This document shows positions 16,760 to 26,104 of a DNA stretch of 30,969 nt, one piece after another. Position 1 is the first letter of the stretch. The number at the start of each line of letters is the position of its first letter. The DNA comes from a virus (taxonomy: Duplodnaviria > Caudoviricetes): IMG/VR virus record IMGVR_UViG_3300011335_000270, positions 1-30,969 of that record. One strand, given 5' to 3'. The position numbers and the translations under genes are program-made. The notes beneath the pieces are model-generated. The model ran no database searches. It saw only the letters and a program-made list of their open reading frames with translations, and had not been told where the DNA came from.

Positions 16760-17005
16760 ATGAACTCAATGTTTAATTTCAATCCAGACGAGAAGCGCGT
16801 GCAGCTGGCCGCGCTTCTGCAAGATCCGACGCAACCATACCGCAAATATAGCGGCCCACTGGGCGCTGGACCATCTGCCGGGAGCGGTATGAACAGCGAG
16901 ATCATGAAAATGCTGATGCAAGACAAGCAGAAGAAAGCGCCGGTCGTAGAAAAGTCTACGCAATACGACCCTGCTTCACAGAATTTCACGCCGTCGGATT
17001 ACTAG
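16760..17005 (+). CDS. Hypothetical protein (81 aa)
   Basis: Fills the gap between ejection genes on the coding strand. Confidence 0.6.
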   Translation: MNSMFNFNPDEKRVQLAALLQDPTQPYRKYSGPLGAGPSAGSGMNSEIMKMLMQDKQKKAPVVEKSTQYDPASQNFTPSDY

Positions 17006-17014
17006 AGGCTCCAA

Positions 17015-18769
17015 ATGGCCGAAGCAAACAAATTATTTAGCTTTACCCTGCCCAGCCCATACCAGGCAGAGCTGGCAAAGATTGCCGACCAGCAACGCAT
17101 GGCAGAGATGCTGCAGGCGCAGTCACAGGCTCCGATAGAGCGTTTTAGCTACAAAGGCATAGAGGCGCGCACACCTGCAACGGCAGGGCTGGCAAAGCTG
17201 CTACAGGGCTTTGGTGGGGCATACTTTCAGGGGCAGGCAAGGCAAGAAGAAAAAGCGCTTGGAGAAAGGTATAAAAAAGAATCTTCGGATATATTGCGCG
17301 AAGCGTTTAAAGCTGGCGAAGGCTCCGCAGCGGTTCCGGCAGCAAATGTTTCAGAATCAAACTTTATGCCTAGCGGGTCTGACTTGACCGATCTTACGCC
17401 GCCTCAACGGGTTCCTGAAGGCCAGCCCAGCGAAGGAAATATTGTACAAGACGCGTACACAATCCCCGGCAGGGCTGCCGTAGCGCCAAATCAGCAAAGA
17501 ATGGCCGAACTATTGATGAGCAGTCCGAATCCAGCTCATGAGGCGCTCGGATTGCAAACTGCACAAAAGGCAATGGAAGCAAAAAGAATTGCAGCTGTGA
17601 TGGCGAGTCTTGGCGTCGGATCTCCGCAAGCCACGCCAAATCAAGCAATGGCAGCAGAAAGCGTTAGCGGCGGCGCTCCTGGGCCTACTAATGCGGCTGC
17701 AGCACGTATTGGAATTTCTAATGCCGGGATACCCGGCGTCAGTCCAGTAGCAACGGCTTTAATGCTTGATCCAAGTTCTAATTTAAATGAAATCGGCAAG
17801 GCTGCACAAGCAGCTTTTGCAGAACAAGGCAAACCAATAGTAAGCCGAGAGAACGCACCTATTCTTAAAAGAAACCCACAAACAGGAAAATTAGAAGTTG
17901 ACTTTGCTCCTGCACCTAAACTTCCTGAAGGTATGTTATATGATTTTGCGAAAGGAACGGTAGGGGTTGCGCAGGGTTTCCCTGAGTCTTTGTCAACAAT
18001 AACTAAAACCAAAGGCGCGGCAGAAAGTGAAAATGCAATAGAAACCATAGAAATCGGAGGCCGTAAGGTTTCTGGAACACGCGCTCAAATAAAAGCAATT
18101 TTGACTGGAACTGCGCCAACTAATGAGGTTGCGCAATCATCAGTAAATATAGCAAATCAATCAGGCATTCCAACCAATATTAAAGTTAATCCAACTGCTG
18201 CTGAAGCAGAATACGATAAGAAAAAAGCAGTATCGTTTGCCGAAATGGCTGAACAAATGCGCGCCTCTTGGGTGAATTCTACAAAAATGAATTCAATGCT
18301 AGATCAACTGGAAACGCTTTACAAAGATCCAAACGTCACACAAGGTGCATTGGCTGAAAATATTACTGGATTAAAAGGTATAGCGGCGTCATTAAATATT
18401 GATATTGCAGGCAAAGGTTCAGAGGATGCAATCAGATCAATTACTAATAAGTTTGCGCTTGAATTGCGAAACCCTAGTGGTGGCGCCGGAATGCCGGGTG
18501 CAATGTCTGACAGTGATAGAAACTTCCTTGCTTCAATCCCGCCAAGTTTGTCAAACACGCCAGCTGGTCGAGCACTCATATCACAAGGAATGCGAGCCAT
18601 CAATAACCGAGACAAACAAATCGCTAATATGGCTCAAAGATATGAAGAAAAAAATGGCAGATTGGATAACGGATTTGTTAAAGAAATGCGCGAATGGTCT
18701 GAAAAAACGCCAATGTTTGATGAAAAGCAAAAAGCAATTATGGCTGAGTTGATGAGAAGGGGCGGCTAA
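17015..18769 (+). CDS. Putative DNA ejection (internal virion) protein
   Basis: 584 aa, low-complexity helical; GAMSDSDRNFL motif near the C-terminus; gagg RBS. Confidence 0.55.
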   Translation: MAEANKLFSFTLPSPYQAELAKIADQQRMAEMLQAQSQAPIERFSYKGIEARTPATAGLAKLLQGFGGAYFQGQARQEEKALGERYKKESSDILREAFKAGEGSAAVPAANVSESNFMPSGSDLTDLTPPQRVPEGQPSEGNIVQDAYTIPGRAAVAPNQQRMAELLMSSPNPAHEALGLQTAQKAMEAKRIAAVMASLGVGSPQATPNQAMAAESVSGGAPGPTNAAAARIGISNAGIPGVSPVATALMLDPSSNLNEIGKAAQAAFAEQGKPIVSRENAPILKRNPQTGKLEVDFAPAPKLPEGMLYDFAKGTVGVAQGFPESLSTITKTKGAAESENAIETIEIGGRKVSGTRAQIKAILTGTAPTNEVAQSSVNIANQSGIPTNIKVNPTAAEAEYDKKKAVSFAEMAEQMRASWVNSTKMNSMLDQLETLYKDPNVTQGALAENITGLKGIAASLNIDIAGKGSEDAIRSITNKFALELRNPSGGAGMPGAMSDSDRNFLASIPPSLSNTPAGRALISQGMRAINNRDKQIANMAQRYEEKNGRLDNGFVKEMREWSEKTPMFDEKQKAIMAELMRRGG

Positions 18770-20853
18770 TGGCTGATACCGATCTGTCTAAATTATCAGA
18801 AGCGCAACTTCTTTCTATGTTGCGCGGAGGGCCAACGCCAGCCCCACTTGATAGTTTTACTCAATCTTTAATGCAACCTGAGCCAGTTTCTCCTATGGTT
18901 CGCGTTGGGCAAGGCATGAGTGACATTTATACCGGCGCAAAGCAAAAATATTTAAATTTGACTGATCCGGCCGCCGCCGTTGAATATACAAAACAAAAAG
19001 CCGAAAACGATGCGTTGATTGCAAAAGGCCGAGCTGCATACGGAGAAAGTGGATTTGATCCGCTTAGAATGGCTGGATCTGTTGCAACTCCTTTGTCCCT
19101 GATTCCTATGGGTGCCGGTGGATTATTGGCTAGGACGGGTATGGGTGCGGCAGCTGGCGGCGCCGGTGGCTATGTAAACTTTGATCCAACAAACACTACG
19201 CAAAGCAATTTAACAAATACCGCTATGGGGGCAGTTGGGGGTGGCGTTTTAAATGCTGTTGCGCCCCCCGTTGTTGGTGGCATCATTAAAGGCGCTCAAG
19301 AGGTTGGCAATTTGGTAGGTAGTGCATGGCGATCATTGGCGCAGAAAGTTTCTCCAAGTTTAGTTTCAAATATAAGTAATAAAGTGCAAATTACGCTTCA
19401 AAATAATGGTATTGATTTTAGTAAATTGCCCGATGCTGTTAGGGCGTCTGTATTAGATGATGCCGCGCAACAATTTACAACAACCGGCAAACTTGATCCG
19501 GATATGTTGATGCGGAAGGCTGATATTGAAGCCGTTGGCGGGGTTGGAACTGCAACCAAAGCTCAAATATCAAGAAATCCCACAGATTGGACTGCCGCAC
19601 AAAATCTTCAAAAAACTGAAGTCAATATCCCCGCTGTTGCACGCGGCGAACAAGAAACAATGACGGGTAGGTTTCAGCAGCAAAACGCAAGCACTAATCG
19701 TTACGCCCAAGCATTGCAAGAACAGATGGCGCCAACTTTGGCTGGCGTCCTTAAAGTTACAACTCCTTTGCAGGCATCTGAACAAACTATTAAAGCCATT
19801 CAACAAAAAGATGCAGATGCAAGTAAAGCTGTTGGAGACTTATATACAAAATTTAGAGAATTAGGAAAAGGCGATACGCCTGTTCCAGATACGCAAATTG
19901 CCCAAACTTTGGGAAAAATTGCAGACGAAATTGGGGTAGAAAATATTCCTCCTGCTGTTTTGTCTAAATTGCAACAATTTGGTTTTATGGGTGGCACAAG
20001 AACAAAACTATTAACCGTTACTGAAGCCGATAAATTAGGCCGTTTAATTGGTAATAACAACCCTGGACATGGAACCGCTGGTATGGTTTCAACCCAATTA
20101 AAGCGCGCCGTTGATAATGCTTTATTAGACATTCCAGAGATTGATGCAACCGAAGCATTAATGGCAGCTAGGAATGCTGCCAGAGTTAGATTTAATGACA
20201 GAGAAGCCGGGGCGGCTGTAGAGCGTGCTATAGCCGATGTGGCTCCAGACCGGTTTTTCCAACAGAATGTTATAGGTGGAAATGTTAGAGATATTGTTTC
20301 TTTAAAAGATCAATTATCTAAAACATCAGAAGGCGGTCAGGCTTGGAATTCATTACGCGAACAAACAATGAAATGGATTCGGGACAAATCCACAAGCGCA
20401 AATGGAGTTTTTAGCGGCTCCAGAATGAATGATGCTATAGAGCAATTAGGCAAAGACAGATTAAATGTAATATTTACACAACCTGAACTAACGCAAATAC
20501 AGACTCTTTTGCGTGGATCTAAAGCAATGACTATGGAACCTGCGTTTGCGGCTCCTAATAGATCAAATACTTCGCCAGCTCTCTTAGGAGCAGCATTAAG
20601 AATAGGAAACAGATTGCCTATTGCAAATCTTATTACAGGGCCAATTTCTAGAGAAGTTGAATCATCTATTCAACAGAAATTATTGGCAAATGCTTTAGAA
20701 AGTGGCGGATTTGCATTAGAGCAACAAACAGCACAAGCGGCGCGGCGTGCGGCATTGGTTAAACAGCTAATAAGCGATAGGGCATACAATCCGTCTATGG
20801 TTCCTACCGCAATTCAAGAACAGTACAAGCCAGTTAGACAAGGACCCCAATAA
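18769..20853 (+). CDS. Putative large DNA ejection (internal virion) protein
   Basis: 694 aa with Gly-zipper-like segments (GAAAGGAGG, GAVGGGVL); TAATG overlaps with both neighbours. Confidence 0.55.
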   Translation: MADTDLSKLSEAQLLSMLRGGPTPAPLDSFTQSLMQPEPVSPMVRVGQGMSDIYTGAKQKYLNLTDPAAAVEYTKQKAENDALIAKGRAAYGESGFDPLRMAGSVATPLSLIPMGAGGLLARTGMGAAAGGAGGYVNFDPTNTTQSNLTNTAMGAVGGGVLNAVAPPVVGGIIKGAQEVGNLVGSAWRSLAQKVSPSLVSNISNKVQITLQNNGIDFSKLPDAVRASVLDDAAQQFTTTGKLDPDMLMRKADIEAVGGVGTATKAQISRNPTDWTAAQNLQKTEVNIPAVARGEQETMTGRFQQQNASTNRYAQALQEQMAPTLAGVLKVTTPLQASEQTIKAIQQKDADASKAVGDLYTKFRELGKGDTPVPDTQIAQTLGKIADEIGVENIPPAVLSKLQQFGFMGGTRTKLLTVTEADKLGRLIGNNNPGHGTAGMVSTQLKRAVDNALLDIPEIDATEALMAARNAARVRFNDREAGAAVERAIADVAPDRFFQQNVIGGNVRDIVSLKDQLSKTSEGGQAWNSLREQTMKWIRDKSTSANGVFSGSRMNDAIEQLGKDRLNVIFTQPELTQIQTLLRGSKAMTMEPAFAAPNRSNTSPALLGAALRIGNRLPIANLITGPISREVESSIQQKLLANALESGGFALEQQTAQAARRAALVKQLISDRAYNPSMVPTAIQEQYKPVRQGPQ

Positions 20854-21860
20854 TGAGCTACAACGGCAGCGGCACATTTAACATCAACTCGGCGGGTCAG
20901 CCCGTCGTTTCCGGCACCGTCATCAGCTCGACGGCGTTTAACGCACTGACCTCTGATCTGGCGACCGGGCTCACGACCGCGCTGACGAAAGACGGACAGA
21001 CTACGCCAACCGCTAACATCACGATGGGCGGCTACAAGCTAACCAACCTGGCGGCGGCGACGTTGGCAGCGGATGCGGTCCGGTTCAGCCAGCTGCAAAG
21101 CGGATCCACTAACACTTACATTACCGCGGCTGGCGCCGACACCATTACCGGCACCGTCACGCCGACGCTGACAGCCTACACGACCGGGCAGCAATTCTCT
21201 TTCGTTGCGGCCGGCACGAACACGACCGCGGTAACGCTGAATATTGACGGGGTGGGCGCTAAAGCAGTCACGCGGGCAGGCACAACAGCTTTAGCCGCGG
21301 GCGACATTCTGACCGGCCAGGTAGCGCTTGTAGAGTATGATGGCACGCAGTTTCAGCTGCTCGATCCTAACGCTTTCACTAATCTGCGGGTGTCTGGCAC
21401 GTTGGGCGTTACCGGCGCGACCACGATGTCGGCTGCTCTCACTTACGGCGGCGTGACGCTGACAAACGCGGTTACCGGCACTGGCAAAATGGTGCTAGAT
21501 ACCAGCCCAACCGTTAACAATCCAACCGTCACCAATTACGTTGAATCCGTTGTCGCTATTGGAACGGTAACAAGTTCATCCACTTTGGCGCTGACAAACG
21601 GAACGGTTCAGACAGCAACCTTGACCGCTTCTACCGCTTGCACTTTCACCATGCCTACTGCTACGGCGGGTAAATCTTTTGTGCTTTTGCTTAAGCAAGC
21701 GGCGGCTACTGGAAACGGAACGGCAACATTTACCGGCGTAAAATTTGGGACTGCCGGTGCGCCGACCATTACCGCAACTGCTGGCAAGATGGATATTCTG
21801 ACATTTATTGCTGACGGCACAAACTGGTATGGTTCAATCGCTCAAGGTTATACGCCGTAA
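20853..21860 (+). CDS. Tail fibre protein (putative)
   Basis: Very T/A/G-rich; NTTAVTLNIDGVGAKAV and YDGTQFQL are typical fibre segments. Confidence 0.7.
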   Translation: MSYNGSGTFNINSAGQPVVSGTVISSTAFNALTSDLATGLTTALTKDGQTTPTANITMGGYKLTNLAAATLAADAVRFSQLQSGSTNTYITAAGADTITGTVTPTLTAYTTGQQFSFVAAGTNTTAVTLNIDGVGAKAVTRAGTTALAAGDILTGQVALVEYDGTQFQLLDPNAFTNLRVSGTLGVTGATTMSAALTYGGVTLTNAVTGTGKMVLDTSPTVNNPTVTNYVESVVAIGTVTSSSTLALTNGTVQTATLTASTACTFTMPTATAGKSFVLLLKQAAATGNGTATFTGVKFGTAGAPTITATAGKMDILTFIADGTNWYGSIAQGYTP

Positions 21861-22711
21861 TGTTTGCCTCTAAGAATTTCTTTCTTGCCGGAACGGCGGC
21901 TCCAACTGCTCCGTCTGCTGTTGAATATCTTGTCGTTGCTGGCGGCGGTGGTGGTGGCGGCGGGTCTAGCGGCGGTGGTGGCGGCGCGGGTGGCTTCAGA
22001 ACAGCCACCGGGTTTGCAGTGGCATCAGGTACGCCGATTACCGTAACTGTTGGTGCTGGTGGTGCGGGAGGCGCGGCTGGCGCTGATGCCTCGCAGGGTA
22101 ATGACTCTGTGTTCTCCACCATCACATCAATAAAAGGCGATGGCGGTGGTGGCGGTGCGGCAAACTTTACCGCTAATATGTCATCAACGGGCGGCTCCGG
22201 TGGCGGCAAAGGGCTTATTGTTAACGGCGTAAATTACACTGGCGGCAACGGAACGGCAGGGCAAGGTAACAACGGCGGCGCGGCTTTTGGTTCTGTTAAT
22301 TACGCTGGTGGCGGCGGCGGCGGGGCGGGCGCTGTTGGCGGTAATGGTTCTAGCGGCGTAAACGGCGCTGGCGGCGTGGGAACCGCGTCAAGCATCAGCG
22401 GATCATCCGTGACGTATGCTGGCGGCGGCGGTTCTGGCGCAAACACGTTTAGCACGACACCCGGTAACGGCGGCACAGGCGGCGGCGGTAACGGTGGCAC
22501 CACTTCAGGGTCAAACGGAACCGCTAATACGGGCGGTGGCGGTGGTGGTTCGCAAACGACAACGGGCGGCACTGGCGGTTCAGGCATTGTGATAATCCGT
22601 TACGCAGACTCTTTCTTGGCGGCAACATCCACAACGGGTTCTCCGACAATTACTGTCTCTGGTGGTTACAGAGTTTATAGTTGGGCTGGGTCTGGGAGCA
22701 TTACATTCTAA
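21860..22711 (+). CDS. Glycine-rich tail/receptor-binding-associated protein
   Basis: VEYLVVAGGGGGG...TVTVGAGG...ANTGGGGGG...GGSGIVIIRY...GSGSITF. Confidence 0.75.
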   Translation: MFASKNFFLAGTAAPTAPSAVEYLVVAGGGGGGGGSSGGGGGAGGFRTATGFAVASGTPITVTVGAGGAGGAAGADASQGNDSVFSTITSIKGDGGGGGAANFTANMSSTGGSGGGKGLIVNGVNYTGGNGTAGQGNNGGAAFGSVNYAGGGGGGAGAVGGNGSSGVNGAGGVGTASSISGSSVTYAGGGGSGANTFSTTPGNGGTGGGGNGGTTSGSNGTANTGGGGGGSQTTTGGTGGSGIVIIRYADSFLAATSTTGSPTITVSGGYRVYSWAGSGSITF

Positions 22712-23064
22712 TGGCACATTTTGCTAAAGTAGAAAACGGCATAGTCACGCAAGTAATTGTTGTGGGCAATGCTGACACGGCAGACTCTGAAGGCGTTGAA
22801 ATTGAGGCCATTGGTGCTGCGTTCTGTAAAAGTTTGCTTAAAGGAGACTGGAAACAAACCAGCTACAACGGCAAGATGCGTAAGAATTATGCCGGGATCG
22901 GTTACACCTTTGACGCAGTGCGTGACGCGTTTATCGCTCCGCAACCTTTCCCGTCTTGGGTTCTGAATGAGCAAACCTGCCAGTGGGAAGCGCCTGTGCC
23001 AATGCCTGCGGACGGTAAAATGTATTCTTGGGATGAGTCTGTAAAAGAATGGGTTGAGGCGTGA
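22711..23064 (+). CDS. Hypothetical protein following the Gly-rich gene
   Basis: TAATG overlap favours ATG 22711 (MAHFAKVENGIVTQVIVV...WKQTSYN...RKNYAGIG...DAFIAPQPFPSW). Confidence 0.8.
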   Translation: MAHFAKVENGIVTQVIVVGNADTADSEGVEIEAIGAAFCKSLLKGDWKQTSYNGKMRKNYAGIGYTFDAVRDAFIAPQPFPSWVLNEQTCQWEAPVPMPADGKMYSWDESVKEWVEA

Positions 23065-23297
23065 TGGAAAACCAGCATCTAATAAACGGCCTACTTGCTG
23101 GCGGTTTTACCGTTCTTGGATGGTTTGCTCGTGAGCTTTGGGCGGCGGTCAAAGAACTAAAGGCCGACTTAGCAAAGCTGCGCGAAGACTTGCCTAAAGA
23201 ATATGTTCTGCGGATTGACTACCGCGAAGATATACGCGACATAAAAGCGATGCTCGCAAAGATATTTGAAAAGCTAGAAGCCAAAGCAGACAAATGA
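23061..23297 (+). CDS. Small membrane/coiled-coil protein in the lysis cassette
   Basis: One N-terminal hydrophobic segment followed by an amphipathic helix. Start may be ATG 23064. Confidence 0.65.
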   Translation: MMENQHLINGLLAGGFTVLGWFARELWAAVKELKADLAKLREDLPKEYVLRIDYREDIRDIKAMLAKIFEKLEAKADK

Positions 23298-23728
23298 ATC
23301 CGCTGCTGCTGTCAGGACTATTTGACCTAAGCAAGGGTCTGATCGATCGGCTGTTCCCGGATCCTGCAGCTAAAACGGCGGCGCAACTGGAACTTCTTAA
23401 GATGCAGAATGCCGGGGAGCTCGCCCATCTTGCGGCTGAAACCGATCTAGCAAAACTGCAAATCCAGACCAACATCGAAGAAGCAAAAAGCACTAACTGG
23501 TGGGTGGCGGGGTGGCGCCCGGCTATCGGATGGGTGTGCGGCGCCGGGCTGGCCTACGCTGCCCTGGTCGAGCCGTTTGCGCGGTTCGCGGCTAAGGTTT
23601 GGTTTGGCTATGCGGGCGATTTCCCGGTCATAGACACCGACCTGACAATGCAGATTTTGATGGGCATGTTAGGACTTGGCGCCATGCGCTCGATTGAGAA
23701 GGTCAAGGGCGCAGAGGGTAAACGGTGA
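23294..23728 (+). CDS. Holin (3TM / GTA-release-type)
   Basis: WWVAGWRPAIGWVCG and ILMGMLGLGAMRSIEKVKG; upstream of the endolysin. Confidence 0.8.
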   Translation: MNPLLLSGLFDLSKGLIDRLFPDPAAKTAAQLELLKMQNAGELAHLAAETDLAKLQIQTNIEEAKSTNWWVAGWRPAIGWVCGAGLAYAALVEPFARFAAKVWFGYAGDFPVIDTDLTMQILMGMLGLGAMRSIEKVKGAEGKR

Positions 23729-24108
23729 TTACCGTTGACGAGTATTTAGGCCAGCACCTAGCCGGGCATGAGTCGGAACTGACCGACGAGATCCGCGCAA
23801 ACGCCGAGATTATATGCGGGCGGGCAAATCAGCTATTAGCGGCCTTTGGCGAGGATCGCGGGCTGCGGTCAGGCTGGCGGCCTGCGGCTGTAAACCACTC
23901 TGCTGGCGGCGCTATGCGCTCCCGGCATATGACCGGGCAAGCCATCGACGTTGCGGACGATGACGGGCTCCTGGACGCGTTCTGCAAGCAAAATATAGGG
24001 CTGTTGGAGCAGTTGGAACTGTGGCTGGAGGACGGTGCTGCGACCCCATCATGGGCGCACATACAATGCGTGCCGCCGCGATCAGGGCGACGGTTTTTTA
24101 TACCCTAG
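23725..24108 (+). CDS. Endolysin, peptidase M15 family
   Basis: SGWRP...N...SRHMTGQAID (SxHxxGxAxD) and WAH Zn-ligand motifs. Confidence 0.85.
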   Translation: MITVDEYLGQHLAGHESELTDEIRANAEIICGRANQLLAAFGEDRGLRSGWRPAAVNHSAGGAMRSRHMTGQAIDVADDDGLLDAFCKQNIGLLEQLELWLEDGAATPSWAHIQCVPPRSGRRFFIP

Positions 24109-24121
24109 TCCCCTAGCAGTG

Positions 24122-24328
24122 TCATTCTTTCTCTCCAATCCCATGTGCGCGTCGTTGCAACTCAGGCATATTGTTACGCACCCATTCCAATACTTGGATT
24201 AGGTCAACAAAGGTACAACAGTAACCGCCTTCGTTAAACGCAACAATTACAGGTCTGCCCTTGTCATACCCAATCTTTACATCCAAGCCATCACCGTACT
24301 CTGTAACGCCAACCATTATTTTATCCAC
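24122..24328 (-). CDS. Hypothetical protein (68 aa)
   Basis: GTG start at 24328 has an AGGAG RBS, better than the track start at 24412. Confidence 0.6.
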   Translation of the reverse strand: MDKIMVGVTEYGDGLDVKIGYDKGRPVIVAFNEGGYCCTFVDLIQVLEWVRNNMPELQRRAHGIGEKE

Positions 24329-24596
24329 CGTTCTTCTCCTTGAGGATTGCTTCCGCTGCTCTGATTGTTTCCCACCACGTGCCGCCCTTCGGCAAATCTT
24401 CAATCTCATCACCCGTCAGCCCAACCCACTCACCCCGTTTAAACTCCATCATCGGCGTTACCCGTTGTTTGAGTTCCAGCAGATGTGCGGCAATGTCCTT
24501 TATCTGCTGCGCGTGGTTGAGAACCATCGCTTCAAGTTCGACAGGATTCAGACGTTTTATATCTTTAATCTGTTCGTATTTATCGCTTGGGTTCAT
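24321..24596 (-). CDS. Hypothetical protein with WVGLTxDEI...IRAAEAILKEKN C-terminus
   Basis: ATGA overlap; C-terminal motif is of a type I recall from small early phage proteins. Confidence 0.7.
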   Translation of the reverse strand: MNPSDKYEQIKDIKRLNPVELEAMVLNHAQQIKDIAAHLLELKQRVTPMMEFKRGEWVGLTGDEIEDLPKGGTWWETIRAAEAILKEKNGG

Positions 24597-24814
24597 GTGT
24601 TCTTTTCCTTATCCTCAATCTTCACAGACTCCAGAAACTGCGCCAGCAAATAAACGCAAGGCAGAATCAGGTCGCGGCAAATATCGTCATTTACCTGACG
24701 CTCATTTATGCCCTGCGCTAGAAGTTTAAGCGCGCCGATGCGCTCGCTGACCAGCATGTCCAAGTGGTCAAAATCAAGCCGCTTTACTTTTCCAATGTTT
24801 TCGTATTCGCTCAT
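24593..24814 (-). CDS. Hypothetical protein (73 aa, MSEYENIG...)
   Basis: ATG 24814 overlaps the upstream stop and has an AAGGAG RBS. Confidence 0.65.
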   Translation of the reverse strand: MSEYENIGKVKRLDFDHLDMLVSERIGALKLLAQGINERQVNDDICRDLILPCVYLLAQFLESVKIEDKEKNT

Positions 24815-24945
24815 TTCCCGCACTCCTTCCCAACTGTTAAGGTTTTCTGAACAGTTGACATCTGTATCGTCCCATCGACGATACCCCAGAGAAATGCAAG
24901 CGAGGTGCAAAACGAAATGAACATAACAAAGTCAACGAATCTCAT
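24811..24945 (-). CDS. Small membrane protein, 44 aa (MRFVDFVMFISFCTSLAFLWGIVDG...); not in ORF track
   Basis: ATGA overlaps at both ends; GGAGG upstream. Confidence 0.65.
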   Translation of the reverse strand: MRFVDFVMFISFCTSLAFLWGIVDGTIQMSTVQKTLTVGKECGK

Positions 24946-25097
24946 TTCACCGCCTCCCGATACTGCTGCATCGTCTTTTTAACGTCGGTTTTCTCCGCAG
25001 GGGTCGGCACCCACTTGCAACCGTCCAACAAATACTTGTCCCGCGAGCGCAGGTAGGCGATAGCTGCTGCCACTTTTTCTTCGTTTGTTTGGATCAT
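24942..25097 (-). CDS. Hypothetical protein, 51 aa (MIQTNEEKVAAAIAYLRSRDKYLLDGCKW...); not in ORF track
   Basis: ATGA overlaps at both ends; GAGG upstream. Confidence 0.65.
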   Translation of the reverse strand: MIQTNEEKVAAAIAYLRSRDKYLLDGCKWVPTPAEKTDVKKTMQQYREAVK

Positions 25098-25252
25098 TTC
25101 GACCTCGTTTCCATATATTTAACGTAAGCAAGCGCCAGTTCCAGATCGGCAGCTTTCCATGCCTTCGATGTGGTGCTGGTGGGTGAGTTCATGTAACGCC
25201 CGCGCGCAAGCATGAATTTTTCAAGTACAACTTTGAACTGCGTCAGCGTCAT
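25094..25252 (-). CDS. Hypothetical protein, 52 aa (MTLTQFKVVLEKFMLARGRY...); not in ORF track
   Basis: Translated by hand; its stop overlaps the next ATG. Confidence 0.55.
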   Translation of the reverse strand: MTLTQFKVVLEKFMLARGRYMNSPTSTTSKAWKAADLELALAYVKYMETRSK

Positions 25253-25277
25253 TTTTTTTGCTCAATTATGGATGGCA

Positions 25278-25856
25278 TCAATAAAACTCCTTTAAAATTG
25301 GCGCGCGTTTTTTGTCGCGCAGCTTTCGCAAAGCCTTTGCTTCTATTTGCCGAACGCGCTCTTTATGAACACCTTGAATTTTGCCAACTTCATCAAGGGT
25401 AGAATCATTGCTAAATCTTTCGTGCAGCACTTCTTTTTCTCGCGGGTTAAGCGTTCCTAAAACCTCATTTACTATTGCTGATGTTTCTGCCGCCAATAAT
25501 AAATCTTCAGGTGATGGCAGGTAGTCGTTTCGGTTTTTCTGTTCGAGCAAATGCTGCACGAGGTTTGCATCTATAGCCCGTTCTCCAATATTTGTTTTGA
25601 GTTTGATAGTCAATTGCTGCTCAGTCCAAAGGTCAGTGGGTGCCGCGCCAAGCACCTCCATAACCAGCTTTGCTTTCTGCGAAAACTCTCCGCTTTGCAA
25701 GATGGGCGCTTCTCGCATTGCAACAAGATTATTTATGCTGCCCGAACCAAGCTCGCAAGCCCGTTCAAACTCAGCAACCGAAACGTAACCTTGCGTTTCA
25801 ATTGCAGATAAAAGCAAGTTATTGCGAACAGAAACCTTGAGTCTGAATTCTTTCAT
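25278..25856 (-). CDS. Fusion of an N-terminal XRE-like HTH and a C-terminal sigma-70 region 4 domain
   Basis: LNPREKEVLHERF...TLDEVGKIQGVHKERVRQIEAKALRKLR closely matches RpoD region 4.2; no region 2 is recognisable. ATG 25856 overlaps the upstream stop. Confidence 0.8.
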   Translation of the reverse strand: MKEFRLKVSVRNNLLLSAIETQGYVSVAEFERACELGSGSINNLVAMREAPILQSGEFSQKAKLVMEVLGAAPTDLWTEQQLTIKLKTNIGERAIDANLVQHLLEQKNRNDYLPSPEDLLLAAETSAIVNEVLGTLNPREKEVLHERFSNDSTLDEVGKIQGVHKERVRQIEAKALRKLRDKKRAPILKEFY

Positions 25857-26104
25857 TTTCTGCGGTTCCACTTTTCGATGGCCAGCTCAACAGACTGGGC
25901 GCCGTCCTGGTGCGGTCCGATCGCCATGCACTCCGGGCAGCAGATCGCAATGATGCCGATCTCGATCTCGTCAACCTCGATGTCATCATGCCCGCAGAAC
26001 GGGCAAGCATTGATTACCGTCTTGCGCTCCTCGGCTCGGCTGGCCAGGTAATCCTCGCGCTCGGTATATTCGCGGTCTAATTGGTTAAATGCGTTGCTGC
26101 TCAT
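25853..26104 (-). CDS. Lar-like (restriction alleviation family) zinc-ribbon protein
   Basis: CPFCG...CPECMAIGP...AIEKWNRR. Confidence 0.75.
   Translation of the reverse strand: MSSNAFNQLDREYTEREDYLASRAEERKTVINACPFCGHDDIEVDEIEIGIIAICCPECMAIGPHQDGAQSVELAIEKWNRRK

Noticed and set aside
15956-16866. Shared agcggcccact (SGPLG) in the pilot protein and the 81-aa ORF
   Set aside because: Only 11 bp with no further similarity; plausible by chance.
21860-22711. GGC/GGT repeats as a repeat array or DGR target
   Set aside because: Explained by Gly-rich coding sequence; no reverse transcriptase or template/variable repeat pair was seen.
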